Source: Polyangiaceae bacterium (GTDB lineage: Bacteria; Myxococcota_A; Polyangia; Polyangiales; Polyangiaceae). From it: a stretch of DNA of 64,000 bases. Shown piece after piece: positions 42,058 through 52,326 of this stretch. The stretch lies in contig JBNKBE010000005.1 of assembly GCA_050287085.1 (NCBI GenBank), positions 1 through 64,000 on the forward strand. The letters run 5' to 3'. Below the pieces are notes generated by a model that did no database searches, was not told where the DNA came from, and was given only the letters and a program-made list of their open reading frames with translations. A program made the translations under genes and the position numbers. Numbering within the stretch: position 1 is the stretch's first letter; every line of letters begins with the position of its first letter.

Positions 42058-43254
42058 GTGAACATCCACGAATATCAGGGCAAAGCTCTCTTCGCCCGCT
42101 ACGGCATCAGCGTCCCCCGGGGCATTCCCGTCTTCGAACCAGAGCAGGCGCAAGCCGCTGCGCAAAAAGTGATCGACGAGACGAAGATCCCAGTGGTCGT
42201 CGTCAAAGCTCAGATCCACGCCGGAGGCCGAGGCAAAGCTGGAGGGGTCAAGGTCGTCAAAGGGGGCGCAGCTGAGGCTCAGAAGGTAGCAAGCGAGCTA
42301 TTCGGAAAGAATCTCGTAACGCATCAGACTGGACCCGAGGGGCAGACCGTGCGCAGGCTCTACATCGAGCAGGGTCTGGACATCGCGCGAGAGCTGTATC
42401 TTGGACTCGTCGTCGATAGAGCGGCACGTCGCATCGCCGTCATGGCCTCCACGGAAGGTGGCGTAGAGATCGAGGAGGTCGCGGCCAAGACTCCCGAGAA
42501 GATAATCACGGAGCACGTGGACCCCTTAGTCGGACTTGCGGGCTATCAGGCCCGCAAGATCGCATACGCACTGCGCGTGACTGAGGGAAGCCCAGACCCA
42601 AAGAAGACCACCAAGCAGTTTGTCAGCATTCTTACCAAGCTTGCCTCTCTTTTTGAAAAAGAAGACTGCAGCCTGTGCGAGATTAACCCGCTTGTCATTA
42701 CCGGCAGCGGCGATGTCGTGGCGCTCGACGCCAAGATCAACTTCGACGACAATGCCCACGCGCGCCACCCCGAGTGGAACGAGTTGCTAGACAAGAGCGA
42801 GGAGGATCCAGTCGAGCTCGAGGCCCAGGAGGCGGGATTGAGCTATGTGTCCCTGGACGGGAACATCGGCTGCATGGTCAACGGCGCGGGTCTCGCAATG
42901 GCCACGATGGACATCATCAAGCACGCCGGAGGAAGCCCCGCCAACTTCCTCGACGTCGGGGGCAGCGCCACCAAGGATCAAGTCAAGAAGGCGTTCGGGA
43001 TGATCCTCAGTAGCCCCAAGGTGAAAGGCATCTTCGTCAACATCTTCGGCGGCATTGCCAAGTGTGACTTGATCGCCGAAGGCATCGTCGCGGCAACCAA
43101 AGAAATGGCGCTCGACGTTCCCCTCGTCGTGCGGCTCGAAGGCACCAACGTCAACGAGGGCAAGGACATCCTCAGCAAGAGCGGACTCGCAATCACCACC
43201 GCCGACGGCATGGCTGACGGAGCGGCAAAAATCGTCAAAGCAGTCAGCGCATAA
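42058..43254 (+). CDS. sucC: Succinyl-CoA synthetase beta subunit
   Basis: [57 protein letters not shown]. Confidence 0.97.
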   Translation: MNIHEYQGKALFARYGISVPRGIPVFEPEQAQAAAQKVIDETKIPVVVVKAQIHAGGRGKAGGVKVVKGGAAEAQKVASELFGKNLVTHQTGPEGQTVRRLYIEQGLDIARELYLGLVVDRAARRIAVMASTEGGVEIEEVAAKTPEKIITEHVDPLVGLAGYQARKIAYALRVTEGSPDPKKTTKQFVSILTKLASLFEKEDCSLCEINPLVITGSGDVVALDAKINFDDNAHARHPEWNELLDKSEEDPVELEAQEAGLSYVSLDGNIGCMVNGAGLAMATMDIIKHAGGSPANFLDVGGSATKDQVKKAFGMILSSPKVKGIFVNIFGGIAKCDLIAEGIVAATKEMALDVPLVVRLEGTNVNEGKDILSKSGLAITTADGMADGAAKIVKAVSA

Positions 43255-43265
43255 GGGCAACAATC

Positions 43266-44159
43266 ATGAGCGTATTGGTCAACAAGAACACCAAAGTAGT
43301 AGTTCAAGGCATTACAGGCGGCGCTGGTTCCTTCCACGCCACCCAATGCATCGCCTACGGCACTCAGGTCGTCGCGGGTTGCACTCCCGGTCGTGGTGGC
43401 GAAGTATTCGAAGCCAAGGATGCGAACGGCAACGGCGTGCAGGTGCCGGTATTCAACACCGTCGCTGAAGCCGTCAGCGAGGCGGGTGCCGACACGTCCT
43501 GTATCTTCGTACCCGCGCTGGGTGCAGCTGATGCCATTCTTGAATCGCTATCGGCTGGGTGCAAGCTGGTGATCTGCATCACGGAGCACATTCCCGTCAT
43601 GGACATGATCCGCGTTCGCCGCGCGCTCGAGAGCTATGAGGCGACGCTGATTGGACCGAATTGTCCCGGTATCATTACTCCCGGGGAATGCAAGATCGGC
43701 ATCATGCCCGGGCATATTCACAAGCCCGGTCGCATCGGTGTGGTCTCCCGCTCAGGAACGCTGACGTACGAAGCCGTCGGCCAACTCACCGCGCTCGGGC
43801 TTGGCCAGAGCACCTGCATCGGCATTGGAGGCGACCCCGTTGCGGGACTGGACTTCGTTGATGCGTTGACCCTGTTCAACAACGACCCCGATACGGACGC
43901 CGTGATGATGATGGGTGAGATCGGCGGGACCGCCGAGGAGAACGCCGCAGCCTACATCAAGGCCAATATGAAGAAGCCGGTCGCTGCCTTCATCGCCGGA
44001 ACTACGGCGCCCCCGGGCAAGCGAATGGGGCACGCCGGTGCGATCATCAGTGGTGGCAAGGGTACCGCTGCAGACAAGATCGCCGCATTGGAAGACGCCG
44101 GGGTAAAGGTTGCCGGAACCCCGGCCGAAATGGGGCGAACGCTCCAGAGCCTGCTGTAG
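43266..44159 (+). CDS. sucD: Succinyl-CoA synthetase alpha subunit
   Basis: [34 protein letters not shown] (phospho-His). Confidence 0.97.
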   Translation: MSVLVNKNTKVVVQGITGGAGSFHATQCIAYGTQVVAGCTPGRGGEVFEAKDANGNGVQVPVFNTVAEAVSEAGADTSCIFVPALGAADAILESLSAGCKLVICITEHIPVMDMIRVRRALESYEATLIGPNCPGIITPGECKIGIMPGHIHKPGRIGVVSRSGTLTYEAVGQLTALGLGQSTCIGIGGDPVAGLDFVDALTLFNNDPDTDAVMMMGEIGGTAEENAAAYIKANMKKPVAAFIAGTTAPPGKRMGHAGAIISGGKGTAADKIAALEDAGVKVAGTPAEMGRTLQSLL

Positions 44160-44171
44160 GTCTCAACGCTC

Positions 44172-44217
44172 CAACGTGGCGCGCGCGTCGGATTGGACCG
44201 CACGCGTCACGTTGTTA
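44172..44217 (+). terminator. Hairpin after sucD
   Basis: CAACGTG...CACGTTG inverted repeat 13 nt after the stop, with only a short T tail. Confidence 0.45.
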
Positions 44218-44390
44218 TGACTCGCTAGCGCCTGGTCCGGCGGCTCGCCAGTGGCTTGCGGGACGTTCAAAAGTGGCGCACGCTTGCGGTGGAGGCGTTC
44301 GCAAACGCCCCAATGTCACAATCATAATACGGGCAGCCAGCAATACGGGCCGCCAGCAGAGCACAGACTCTGCACCCCCGGGAGGTCGCA

Positions 44391-44822
44391 TTGGCCATCG
44401 AGAGAACGCTCTGCATCATCAAACCACTGGCCGTGAAGAACGGCTCGTACGGCCCGATTCTGACGCGGATAGTGCACGACGGATTCGAGCTCCTTGCGCT
44501 GCGCAAACTGCAGCTAAGTCCCTCACAAGCCGGAGCCTTCTACGCGGTGCATCGTCAGCGCCCATTCTTTGACGACCTCGTGGCATTCATGTGCAGTGGG
44601 CCAGTGATAGCGGCAGCCCTTTCGGCAGAAAACGCCGTCGCTCACTGGCGAGAACTGATCGGAGCCACCGACCCTGCCAAGGCTGCGAGCGACACGCTGC
44701 GGAAGCTTTACGGCACCGATCTGGGTCGCAACGCCGTACACGGCTCTGATTCCGTCGAGAACGGGCTTCGCGAAACGGCGTTCTTTTTTAACGGCTATGA
44801 GCTTGGGCAGGAGCTGAGCTGA
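44391..44822 (+). CDS. ndk: Nucleoside diphosphate kinase
   Basis: ERTLCIIKP, FYAVH, SGP, WRELIGATDP, NAVHGSDS. Confidence 0.96.
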   Translation: MAIERTLCIIKPLAVKNGSYGPILTRIVHDGFELLALRKLQLSPSQAGAFYAVHRQRPFFDDLVAFMCSGPVIAAALSAENAVAHWRELIGATDPAKAASDTLRKLYGTDLGRNAVHGSDSVENGLRETAFFFNGYELGQELS

Positions 44823-44881
44823 CGCCGGCGCCGAGCTCCGTAGGTGGCGGCCCGTAGCACGATGCTCCCCCGGATCGACTC

Positions 44882-45676
44882 ATGACCCAGGACACTCCTT
44901 CCTCGCGGAGTGCCTTAGGCACCATGCGGAATGGCCTCGGGGCGCTGACCAATCTGCGACAACTGCTTTCTGCACGCCACATTGGCCCGCAGAAGATTGA
45001 AGCCGTTCTACCTGACGTACGCCAGGGGACCAGCAGCATGTTGAGTGCTTCGGAGACACTGCTGGCACGCGATGTCAGCTCTTCCGTCGAAGCCGGGTTC
45101 ATTAAGAGAGTAGTAGCCAAGACGCTGCTCGATCTCGACGGAACCCTACAACGGGCAGCGAGTGGGCGCCGTCTCGGCGCCGGCGCGCGACTGAAACTCG
45201 AGCGCGCCGTCGATCACGCCGAGGTCGCACTATCCAGTGTGATGCTGCTCTTCGAAGTGCTCGCAACCCAGGTCAGCGAGTGCCGCGCCGTCGACCTCAA
45301 TGAGCTCGTCCAGCAGAGTCGTTCCGGAGATGCCGCGACCACCCCGCGTTCGGAGGGCACCACCGTGCTCTTGTCGAGCGAGGGATCCGCCCGAATGCGT
45401 TCGACACCGAGAGCCGCGCTGGCCTTGTTATGCCTCGGTGCCGCGGCAGCGCATTGCCCATCACCCTTGGAACTGACGCTGACGCCGGGCCTCGCACGCT
45501 TCTGCCAGGCGAGCCACGGCCGCGCCGGCGTGGGCAGCAATAGCACTGCCACTCTTCTGCTGCCCCCCACGACGCAAGCGACTGGCCCCGCTTTCTCACT
45601 TGCGGCCCGCGTCTTTGGACTGGAAGCGCGCTGCGACGTCGGATCTGCGGTGATCCTGCTGCACGCCGCTCCCTGA
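44882..45676 (+). CDS. Hypothetical protein
   Basis: 264-aa ORF filling the gap between ndk and dapD; no recognisable catalytic motif. Confidence 0.6.
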   Translation: MTQDTPSSRSALGTMRNGLGALTNLRQLLSARHIGPQKIEAVLPDVRQGTSSMLSASETLLARDVSSSVEAGFIKRVVAKTLLDLDGTLQRAASGRRLGAGARLKLERAVDHAEVALSSVMLLFEVLATQVSECRAVDLNELVQQSRSGDAATTPRSEGTTVLLSSEGSARMRSTPRAALALLCLGAAAAHCPSPLELTLTPGLARFCQASHGRAGVGSNSTATLLLPPTTQATGPAFSLAARVFGLEARCDVGSAVILLHAAP

Positions 45677-45719
45677 AACGCCTTGCGAGCCTGGGCTTTG
45701 ACCGTTACACCCAGCGACC

Positions 45720-46544
45720 ATGACAGATTCGAAACGCCAAGAGCTGGTAGAAGCCGCGTTTGCGAACCGCGAGTTGCTCAAGGATCAAGCGTACGAGAAC
45801 GCAGTCCTTGCGACCGTGGCAGACCTTGATGCTGGCCGGCTGCGGGTCGCAACACAGAACGGCCCCGGAGACTGGACCACACACGCGTGGATCAAGCAGG
45901 CGGTGTTACTCTATTTCGGGATCCGCAAGATGGAGCGCCTGGAATGTGCGCCTTTCGAGTTTTACGACAAGGTCCCTTTGAAATCGAAACTCGATGAAGC
46001 TGGCGTGCGGGTGGTTCCTCCGGGTACCTGCCGCTATGGCAGCTTCCTCGAACCGGGTTGCGTGGTAATGCCAGGCTACGTGAACATTGGTGCCTACGTC
46101 GGAGCTGGCACCATGGTCGATACTTGGGCGACGGTCGGTTCTTGCGCCCAGATCGGTAAACACGTCCACCTTTCAGGTGGGGTTGGTATCGGAGGCGTGC
46201 TCGAGCCGCCAGGAGCCCAGCCGGTGATCGTGGAAGACGGGGCGTTCATCGGTTCGCGCTGCATCATCGTAGAGGGGATGCTGGTTGAGTCGGAAGCCGT
46301 TATCGGAGCAGGTGTCACACTGACTGCGTCCACGGTGATCTTGGACGTATCTGGGGCCGAGCCCAAAGAGTACCGTGGACGCATCCCGGCGCGGTCAGTG
46401 GTGATTCCCGGAACACGCACCAAGCGATTCCCTGCGGGAGAGTTCAACGTGCCCTGCGCGCTGATCATTGGTGAACGCAGGCCCTCGACCGACAAGAAGA
46501 CCTCTCTCAACGCTGCCCTGCGCGATTTTGGCGTAGCGGTCTAA
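45720..46544 (+). CDS. dapD: Tetrahydrodipicolinate N-succinyltransferase
   Basis: WIKQAVLLYF, DKVPLK, RVVPP, MVDTWATVGSCAQIG, GGVLEP. Confidence 0.96.
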   Translation: MTDSKRQELVEAAFANRELLKDQAYENAVLATVADLDAGRLRVATQNGPGDWTTHAWIKQAVLLYFGIRKMERLECAPFEFYDKVPLKSKLDEAGVRVVPPGTCRYGSFLEPGCVVMPGYVNIGAYVGAGTMVDTWATVGSCAQIGKHVHLSGGVGIGGVLEPPGAQPVIVEDGAFIGSRCIIVEGMLVESEAVIGAGVTLTASTVILDVSGAEPKEYRGRIPARSVVIPGTRTKRFPAGEFNVPCALIIGERRPSTDKKTSLNAALRDFGVAV

Positions 46545-46550
46545 TACGCC

Positions 46551-47210
46551 GTGTGTGCTTCGTCGACGGCCTCGCATTCGCGCGCATCGAAGACCGGGCT
46601 CGGAACTCTCCGGCGCCTAGGCGGATTGCGCGGCCGCCCTCGTAGCCTGCTCGTGTTCGTCTTTGCGCTTGGCTGCGAGCCGCGGTCGGTGCCAGAGCGT
46701 GACACCGTCGGGGGGCCTGCCACCGCCACCCTGCCTGCCCCGCAATCGTTGCTAACGCCGAAGGGCCTCAGACCAGCCCTCGAGGTGTTGATGCAGCAGG
46801 TGTCTCGCTCTGGACGACTGCTGAGCCTCACGGCACTTCATGGCCAAGTGATTTTGCAACTGCAGAGCCCCGAGCACCCATCCGAAGTGCTTGAATACCG
46901 CTATCGCTACGACGGAAAGCTCATCGGTCCGGGACCGGTCACGCTCCTTGGTACGGGCAAACTGCAAGAAAACCTCTTCCCTCGCAGCGCGGCAGCGCCA
47001 ATGATCGCCATTGAGGTGTTGGAACACATCGCGAGCGATCCCTCGACGCGCGACCTGGTTCTCAAGAAGCTCGTCATGCAGCGCAATCTGCCTCGCTCCA
47101 GGGACATTCAATTCCGCCTCTATTTCAAGGGCACGAAGAGTGATCTCGTCGTCGCCGCCGACAAGCGAGGTCGCGTGTTGGGCCCCCCCGTGCCCGTGGG
47201 CGAGGAGTAG
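46551..47210 (+). CDS. Hypothetical lipoprotein
   Basis: LLVFVFALGC lipobox-like segment followed by a globular region; start uncertain. Confidence 0.6.
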   Translation: MCASSTASHSRASKTGLGTLRRLGGLRGRPRSLLVFVFALGCEPRSVPERDTVGGPATATLPAPQSLLTPKGLRPALEVLMQQVSRSGRLLSLTALHGQVILQLQSPEHPSEVLEYRYRYDGKLIGPGPVTLLGTGKLQENLFPRSAAAPMIAIEVLEHIASDPSTRDLVLKKLVMQRNLPRSRDIQFRLYFKGTKSDLVVAADKRGRVLGPPVPVGEE

Positions 47211-47232
47211 CACTCCTCGTTTCCGGGGCCCT

Positions 47233-48648
47233 TCAGTAGGCGTTCTTGTCGCGCAAGACGCGAAAGACCGTCTTGAAGATGATCTCCAGGTCCCAGCTCA
47301 GATTCCAGTTCTCGATGTAGTCGAGATCGTAGTGAACCCGGGCGCGCATCTTGTCGACGGTGTCGGTTTCACCACGGAGACCGTTAACCTGTGCCCAACC
47401 GGTGATACCAGGCTTGACCTTGTGGCGAAGCATATACCCGTGGATCAGCGCGCGGTAGGATTCGTTGTGCGCGACCGCGTGGGGGCGAGGCCCTACAATC
47501 GACATGTCTCCACGCAACACGTTGATAAACTGGGGCAACTCGTCAAGTGAGGTGGAACGCAGAAACGCTCCAACCCTCGTGATGCGCTTGTCACCACGTT
47601 GCGCCTGCTTGACGACGTTGCCGTCGTCCTGCGTGGTCATGCTCCGAAACTTGAGAACCTTGATGGGCTTGCTGTTGAGCCCATAGCGCGTTTGAGCAAA
47701 AAATACCGGTCCCGGAGAGCTCAGCTTGACGGCAATGGCGCACGCCAGCATCACCGGTGATATCAAGATCAGAATGAGACCTCCCAGTATTAGGTCCTCA
47801 GCCCGTTTGGCGAGTCTGGCCATCCCCTGGAAGGGGGTATCGAACACGCTGACGGTAGGTACCTCGCCCACGGTAACCCAGCGGGCATGCAGCAGGTCGA
47901 ATACGGAGAAGTCCGTGACCAATTGCACGGTCGCCGTCGTATCGGCTAGCGCGGCCACAGTCTCCGAGATGCGTGCCTCCGCTTTGAGCGGCAGCGCAAT
48001 GTACACGTAGTCCAGCTTTCCGGCCTTCGCGTCCGCAACCGCATCGCTGATATCACCCACGAGCTCACCGTCCCCCAAGAACTGACGGCAGCGTTCGCTG
48101 CTGCGGGCGTCGTAGAAGCCAGCCAAACGAATACCCAGGGAAGGATCTTCGAGCTGTTCCTTGAGGCGCACACCGGAGGCGGTCGCTCCGATGATACCCG
48201 CCGTCCGCGTATTGGCGCCGCGCACGCGCATCGAGCCCAGCACGACCCGTTTGATCACACGAACAACCAGCAAACACACGATGGTGCCGCCAAACCACCC
48301 GATGTTGACCAGTCGCGAGTATTCGGCGGCCGTCTTGGACGCGAAGACCCAAATTAGCAGAGGCGGTGCCACCATCAGCCAGCTCCACAGACCGGCCCGC
48401 AGCTCCTCGCGAACGGCCGTGCCTCGCCAGGATCGGTAGATACCGTTGACTTCACCCACCACGGAGAAGATCAGCAGCGCCACTAGCGTGACGACCGTGT
48501 CTGAATTGTCCCAGGGCTTGGGGTAGAGCACACACGCCAGGTACCGTGCGGCGCCCACGACGCAGATGTCCGCCAGGCGCTGCACCGCCGCTACCACCCC
48601 ACCATAGGGCCTGAGTCGTCCGCGCGATGCCGTTCTTACAGGTGTCAC
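47233..48648 (-). CDS. wcaJ: Undecaprenyl-phosphate glucose phosphotransferase (WcaJ/GumD type)
   Basis: N-terminal TM block, KRAEDL, SPGPVFFAQ, KFRSM, SLDELPQFINVLRGDMSIVGPRP, VKPGITGWAQVNG. Start estimated. Confidence 0.92.
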   Translation of the reverse strand: MTPVRTASRGRLRPYGGVVAAVQRLADICVVGAARYLACVLYPKPWDNSDTVVTLVALLIFSVVGEVNGIYRSWRGTAVREELRAGLWSWLMVAPPLLIWVFASKTAAEYSRLVNIGWFGGTIVCLLVVRVIKRVVLGSMRVRGANTRTAGIIGATASGVRLKEQLEDPSLGIRLAGFYDARSSERCRQFLGDGELVGDISDAVADAKAGKLDYVYIALPLKAEARISETVAALADTTATVQLVTDFSVFDLLHARWVTVGEVPTVSVFDTPFQGMARLAKRAEDLILGGLILILISPVMLACAIAVKLSSPGPVFFAQTRYGLNSKPIKVLKFRSMTTQDDGNVVKQAQRGDKRITRVGAFLRSTSLDELPQFINVLRGDMSIVGPRPHAVAHNESYRALIHGYMLRHKVKPGITGWAQVNGLRGETDTVDKMRARVHYDLDYIENWNLSWDLEIIFKTVFRVLRDKNAY

Positions 48649-48849
48649 TACAGGGCCTCCGTCGCCTGGCTTAGCATATGCCCAAGGCCTGCCGCGACGG
48701 TGTGACAAAAATGTTCACCGAGCGTCGGAGCGTGCCGGATCGGTGCATCTCTGGATTCTGAGCTCTGGGGTTGGCTCCGCGCAGCGCGGAGCTCGGCGGC
48801 AATAGCCCCAAGCCTACGCGCCGGGAGCTTGCTTCCGCCCCCAGGCGGC

Positions 48850-49620
48850 CTAGCGCTGTAATCGAGCTCGCATGGCGTGGCCCATGAGCGTGAAGAAGAA
48901 TGGCAAGTCGTGGCACAGATAACGCTCCGCCAGGCGGTGGGGCTCCTGAGCCAAACGATGAAGCCATTCTAGGCCCAACGACTGCAGCAGACGGGGCGCG
49001 CGCGGAACATCCCCGGCGAGAAATCCGAACGTGCCCCCGACACCCACCATGACGGCCCGGCATCCTCGCTGGCGGAGGGCCGCGATGACCGCCTCCTGCT
49101 TCGGTGAGCCGAGACCGACTAGGACGACGCCGGGAGCTCTGGCCTGCAGCACTTCCACGACCGGATCCAGCTCCCCCTTTGTGGGCGGATTGGAAAAGCG
49201 AGCCCCTGAATCGGCCGTTATCTCAATCCCGTCGTAGCGTTTGGCCAGCGCCGCCGCCGCTCGCTCGGCCGTGCCCGGAGCGCCGCCGAGAAAGTAGAGC
49301 GACCACCCACGACGCCAACAGCCCTCGATGAGGTGCTGACTCAGTGTAGAGCCGGCAACCCGCTCCGGGATTGGAGTGCCCGCGAGGCGCGCCGCCCACA
49401 CCAGGGGCATGCCGTCCGCAACACAAAGATCCGACTGCTGATACACCTCACGCGCCCGATCATCGGTTGCGAAGATACGAAGGATATCGAGATTAGCCGT
49501 GAGCACGGTGGCACCAGGGGTGCTCTCGTCTTGCTTCGCGAATAGGTGCTCGACCAGTTCGGCCTCCCGAAAGGGATCGACTTGCATGCCCATCAGGTCT
49601 ACGCGCGAGCGCTCGTTCAT
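48850..49620 (-). CDS. WecB/TagA/CpsF (GT26) glycosyltransferase
   Basis: ADGMPLVWA, ERVAGS, VGLGSPKQE, GVGG, RAPRLLQSLGLEWLHRLAQEP. Confidence 0.92.
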   Translation of the reverse strand: MNERSRVDLMGMQVDPFREAELVEHLFAKQDESTPGATVLTANLDILRIFATDDRAREVYQQSDLCVADGMPLVWAARLAGTPIPERVAGSTLSQHLIEGCWRRGWSLYFLGGAPGTAERAAAALAKRYDGIEITADSGARFSNPPTKGELDPVVEVLQARAPGVVLVGLGSPKQEAVIAALRQRGCRAVMVGVGGTFGFLAGDVPRAPRLLQSLGLEWLHRLAQEPHRLAERYLCHDLPFFFTLMGHAMRARLQR

Positions 49621-49651
49621 GGCGGCACCGTTGCCTCGAACGGCATGCGCG

Positions 49652-49976
49652 TCAAGGTCTCTCCGGCCAACGACGTCGATGATCGCCGATCGTCACCCTG
49701 TCGGTCACCCCCGCGCCAGCCCCTATCCACACGTCCCGCCCAACGACAATGCCTTCCGACCGCACGGGCTGCGCGGAGATGGGTCGCTCCGCTGCGATCC
49801 CGTGCTCAAACGCAAACAGCCTCGCTTGGGCGCCGATCCGAGTGCCCTCCCCGATCCGAACGCCGCGCGCGCCGCCATCCATGACAACGCCCACGTTGAA
49901 GCTGACACCGCCGCCAGCGTGGAGCGGCCCGTGACTTATGCCGCTCCTGGTATTCCGCCGAGAGCGTGCTCACCAC
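49652..49976 (-). pseudogene. Hexapeptide-repeat acyltransferase remnant with an internal frameshifting deletion
   Basis: The LbH segment HGPL..VRIGEGTRIG..FEHG..DVWIGAGAGVTDRVTIGDH is out of frame with the upstream start VSTLSAEYQERHKSR. The usual terminal GAVVTxDV..GVPAR segment is absent. Confidence 0.7.
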
Positions 49977-49979
49977 GAT

Positions 49980-51116
49980 CTAATCTCGAGCTGGCTCTTG
50001 CTGCGTGCTGCAGTGGATAGTGCCTAGACCAAGCACCAGGTCCCGGCAAAAGACCCCCACGACCCGTCGCGTCGGAAATAGCTCCTGTAGGATCCCCAGC
50101 GCCTCGGCATCGCAGGGATCGTTGAACACGGGCACGAGCACGATGCCATTGGCGATGTAGAAGTTCGCGTAGCTCGCGGGCAAGCGTTCACCGTCGCAGA
50201 CGACCGGGCCGGGCATGGGCAGCGCAATGACGTCCAAGCGCCGACCACAAGCGTCGGTCGCTCCTCGCAGTTGCTCCTGGGCCCGCTGAAGTGGCGCATA
50301 GTTTACGTCCGTCGAATCAGACTCACTGGCGCAAACGACAACGCCAGGGCGGACGAAGCGTGCAAAGTCGTCCACGTGCCCCGACGTGTCGTCTCCTGCC
50401 ACGCCATCATCAAGCCAAACGAACTTCTTGACGCCCAGCGCTCCTTGCAAGGTCTCTTCGATAGCCTGCTGGCTTGCCCCGGGGTTGCGCGCGAAGCGCG
50501 TCCCAAGCAAACACGCGCGCGTGGTGAGCAATGTCCCCTCCCCATCTACGTCAATGGCGCCCCCTTCGAGGACCATGGGCGCGGGCCCGGAGCCTGCTTC
50601 TACCACCGGATAGTCGGCTACGTCCGCGAAGCGTTCAGCCACAAGTCGCCCCGCCGTGTCGTCCAGCGCGTGGTCGTCGTAGCGAGCCCAGCCGTTGAAG
50701 CGGAACTTCGCAGCGCCCAGCCGCTGCGAATCGCTTCGATGCTTGAGAAAGCTTGGCAAGTTGTCCCGCGCCCAGGTCCGATTGGTGGCGGCATGAACGA
50801 AGTCGACCTGGGAGAGATCGAGCCCAACCCGTCCCAATTGAACGCGGCAACGCTCTTCAACAGCTCCGCTGGAAACAATGAGCCGAACACGCTCGTGAAC
50901 CGTCAGCAGGCGAATGAGTTCACAATACACCCAACGAACGGCCTCCAACTTGCCGGGAAAGTCGTCGCTTTCGGGCCAGATGAGCCAGGTGGCCGCGTGG
51001 GGACTCCATTCGGCCGGCATGTAGAACCCGCGCTCGCTCAGCACGCGCTGATCGCCATCAACCCTCGACGTCATTGCAACTCCTTCTGCCACTGCTTCGC
51101 GCACCGTTGCCGTCAC
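49980..51116 (-). CDS. aguA: Agmatine deiminase (PAD/AgD family)
   Basis: MPAEW, WARD, FNGW, LEGGAIDVDGEG, DDTSGHVDD, ASYANF, GTIHCSTQQ. Confidence 0.92.
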   Translation of the reverse strand: MTATVREAVAEGVAMTSRVDGDQRVLSERGFYMPAEWSPHAATWLIWPESDDFPGKLEAVRWVYCELIRLLTVHERVRLIVSSGAVEERCRVQLGRVGLDLSQVDFVHAATNRTWARDNLPSFLKHRSDSQRLGAAKFRFNGWARYDDHALDDTAGRLVAERFADVADYPVVEAGSGPAPMVLEGGAIDVDGEGTLLTTRACLLGTRFARNPGASQQAIEETLQGALGVKKFVWLDDGVAGDDTSGHVDDFARFVRPGVVVCASESDSTDVNYAPLQRAQEQLRGATDACGRRLDVIALPMPGPVVCDGERLPASYANFYIANGIVLVPVFNDPCDAEALGILQELFPTRRVVGVFCRDLVLGLGTIHCSTQQEPARD

Positions 51117-52000
51117 GTGCCGTCGCGGCCGAAACGCCGTGTCAGCGCACCGTATTCGTCCACCCGCCGGTCGCGAAGGAACGGCCAGGTACGGCGAGTT
51201 TCTCCGATCAGCCCTAGATCACAATCGGCGAGGAGAACAGCCTGCTCCTGCCCCGCCTGCGCCAGGATGCGGCCCTGGGGGTCACAGATGAAGCTGTGCC
51301 CCCAGAACTCGATCTCGCCTCGCTCCGAGCTTTCGACTCCAATGCGATTGGCCGACACGGTGAAGACCCCGTTGGCGATCGCGTGTGAGCGCTGGATGGT
51401 CTGCCACGCCGAGAGCTGGTCGGCGCCGAACTCTGCCTTCTCATCCGGAAGCCAACCGATGGCGGTGGGGTAAAAGAGGAGCTCAGCCCCCAAGAGGGCC
51501 GTCAACCTCGCTGCCTCGGGATACCACTGGTCCCAGCAGATCAGCGGCCCCAGCACCGCATCACCGGCGCGCACCGCCATGAAGCCGCGATCGCCTGGAG
51601 CGAAGTAGTACTTCTCCTCGAACTGCGGATCGTGCGGAATATGCATCTTGCGGTAGACACCCAGGAGCTCGCCGTTCGCTCCACATAGGGCCAGGCTGTT
51701 GTAGTAGAGGCCCGGCGCCTCCTGCTCGAAGAAGCCAGCCAACAAGGTGATGCCAAGCTCGCGCGACAAAGCGCGCATCCGCGTTATCAGCGGTCCAGAA
51801 GCCGGCTGGGCCAAGGCGAAGCGCCGCTCGTCCAACGTCTGGCAAAAATAGACGGATGCAAAAAGCTCCGGCAGGAGCACGATCTGGGCCCCCTTGCTGG
51901 CCGCCTGCCGAACGAGGGCGCTAGCGCATGCGACATTTGCTTCAACGTCTTCGCCGCACGCGTATTGCACGAGACCAACTCGAACGCTCCGCTGAGCCAT
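51113..52000 (-). CDS. aguB: N-carbamoylputrescine amidase (nitrilase family)
   Basis: LPELF, YRKMHIP, EKYYFAPGD, ICWDQWYPE, YPTAIGW; adjacent to aguA. Confidence 0.88.
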   Translation of the reverse strand: MAQRSVRVGLVQYACGEDVEANVACASALVRQAASKGAQIVLLPELFASVYFCQTLDERRFALAQPASGPLITRMRALSRELGITLLAGFFEQEAPGLYYNSLALCGANGELLGVYRKMHIPHDPQFEEKYYFAPGDRGFMAVRAGDAVLGPLICWDQWYPEAARLTALLGAELLFYPTAIGWLPDEKAEFGADQLSAWQTIQRSHAIANGVFTVSANRIGVESSERGEIEFWGHSFICDPQGRILAQAGQEQAVLLADCDLGLIGETRRTWPFLRDRRVDEYGALTRRFGRDGT

Positions 52001-52326
52001 GCAGCTCCCTATCGCGATCCCGCGCGGCGGGCGAGTGCGAAGCGCGAAGCGAGCCCGGCGATCAGACCACGGGCCGATCCTCATAGCCGCCCTCAACGAG
52101 GTGCTCATCGCACAGGGCCCGCGGATGAAGAAGTCGTCGCCAGCCCGTCCGCCCCAGCAAGATGACGGCCGAACCCCAAACCGCTCGGAGCGAGCAAGCT
52201 CCTCCCCGCTCCTCCGATCAAAGCTTCGGAGTCGAGCGCAGCCGTTGCTCCCGGCCCCAATACGATCTATGAGCCAACCCTTTCGCTGCCCCCAAGCGGC
52301 TCTGCGTCCCCGACGACAATAAGACG

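Noticed and set aside
44274..44288. sigma54-like TGGCGCACGCTTGC upstream of ndk (similar case near 15198)
   Set aside because: GG-to-GC spacing is 9 nt, not the required 10.
50271..51473. 400-aa plus-strand ORF and similar long antisense ORFs (e.g. 53955-54827, 58985-59917, 137-943)
   Set aside because: These are shadow ORFs opposite well-supported genes, as expected in high-GC DNA.
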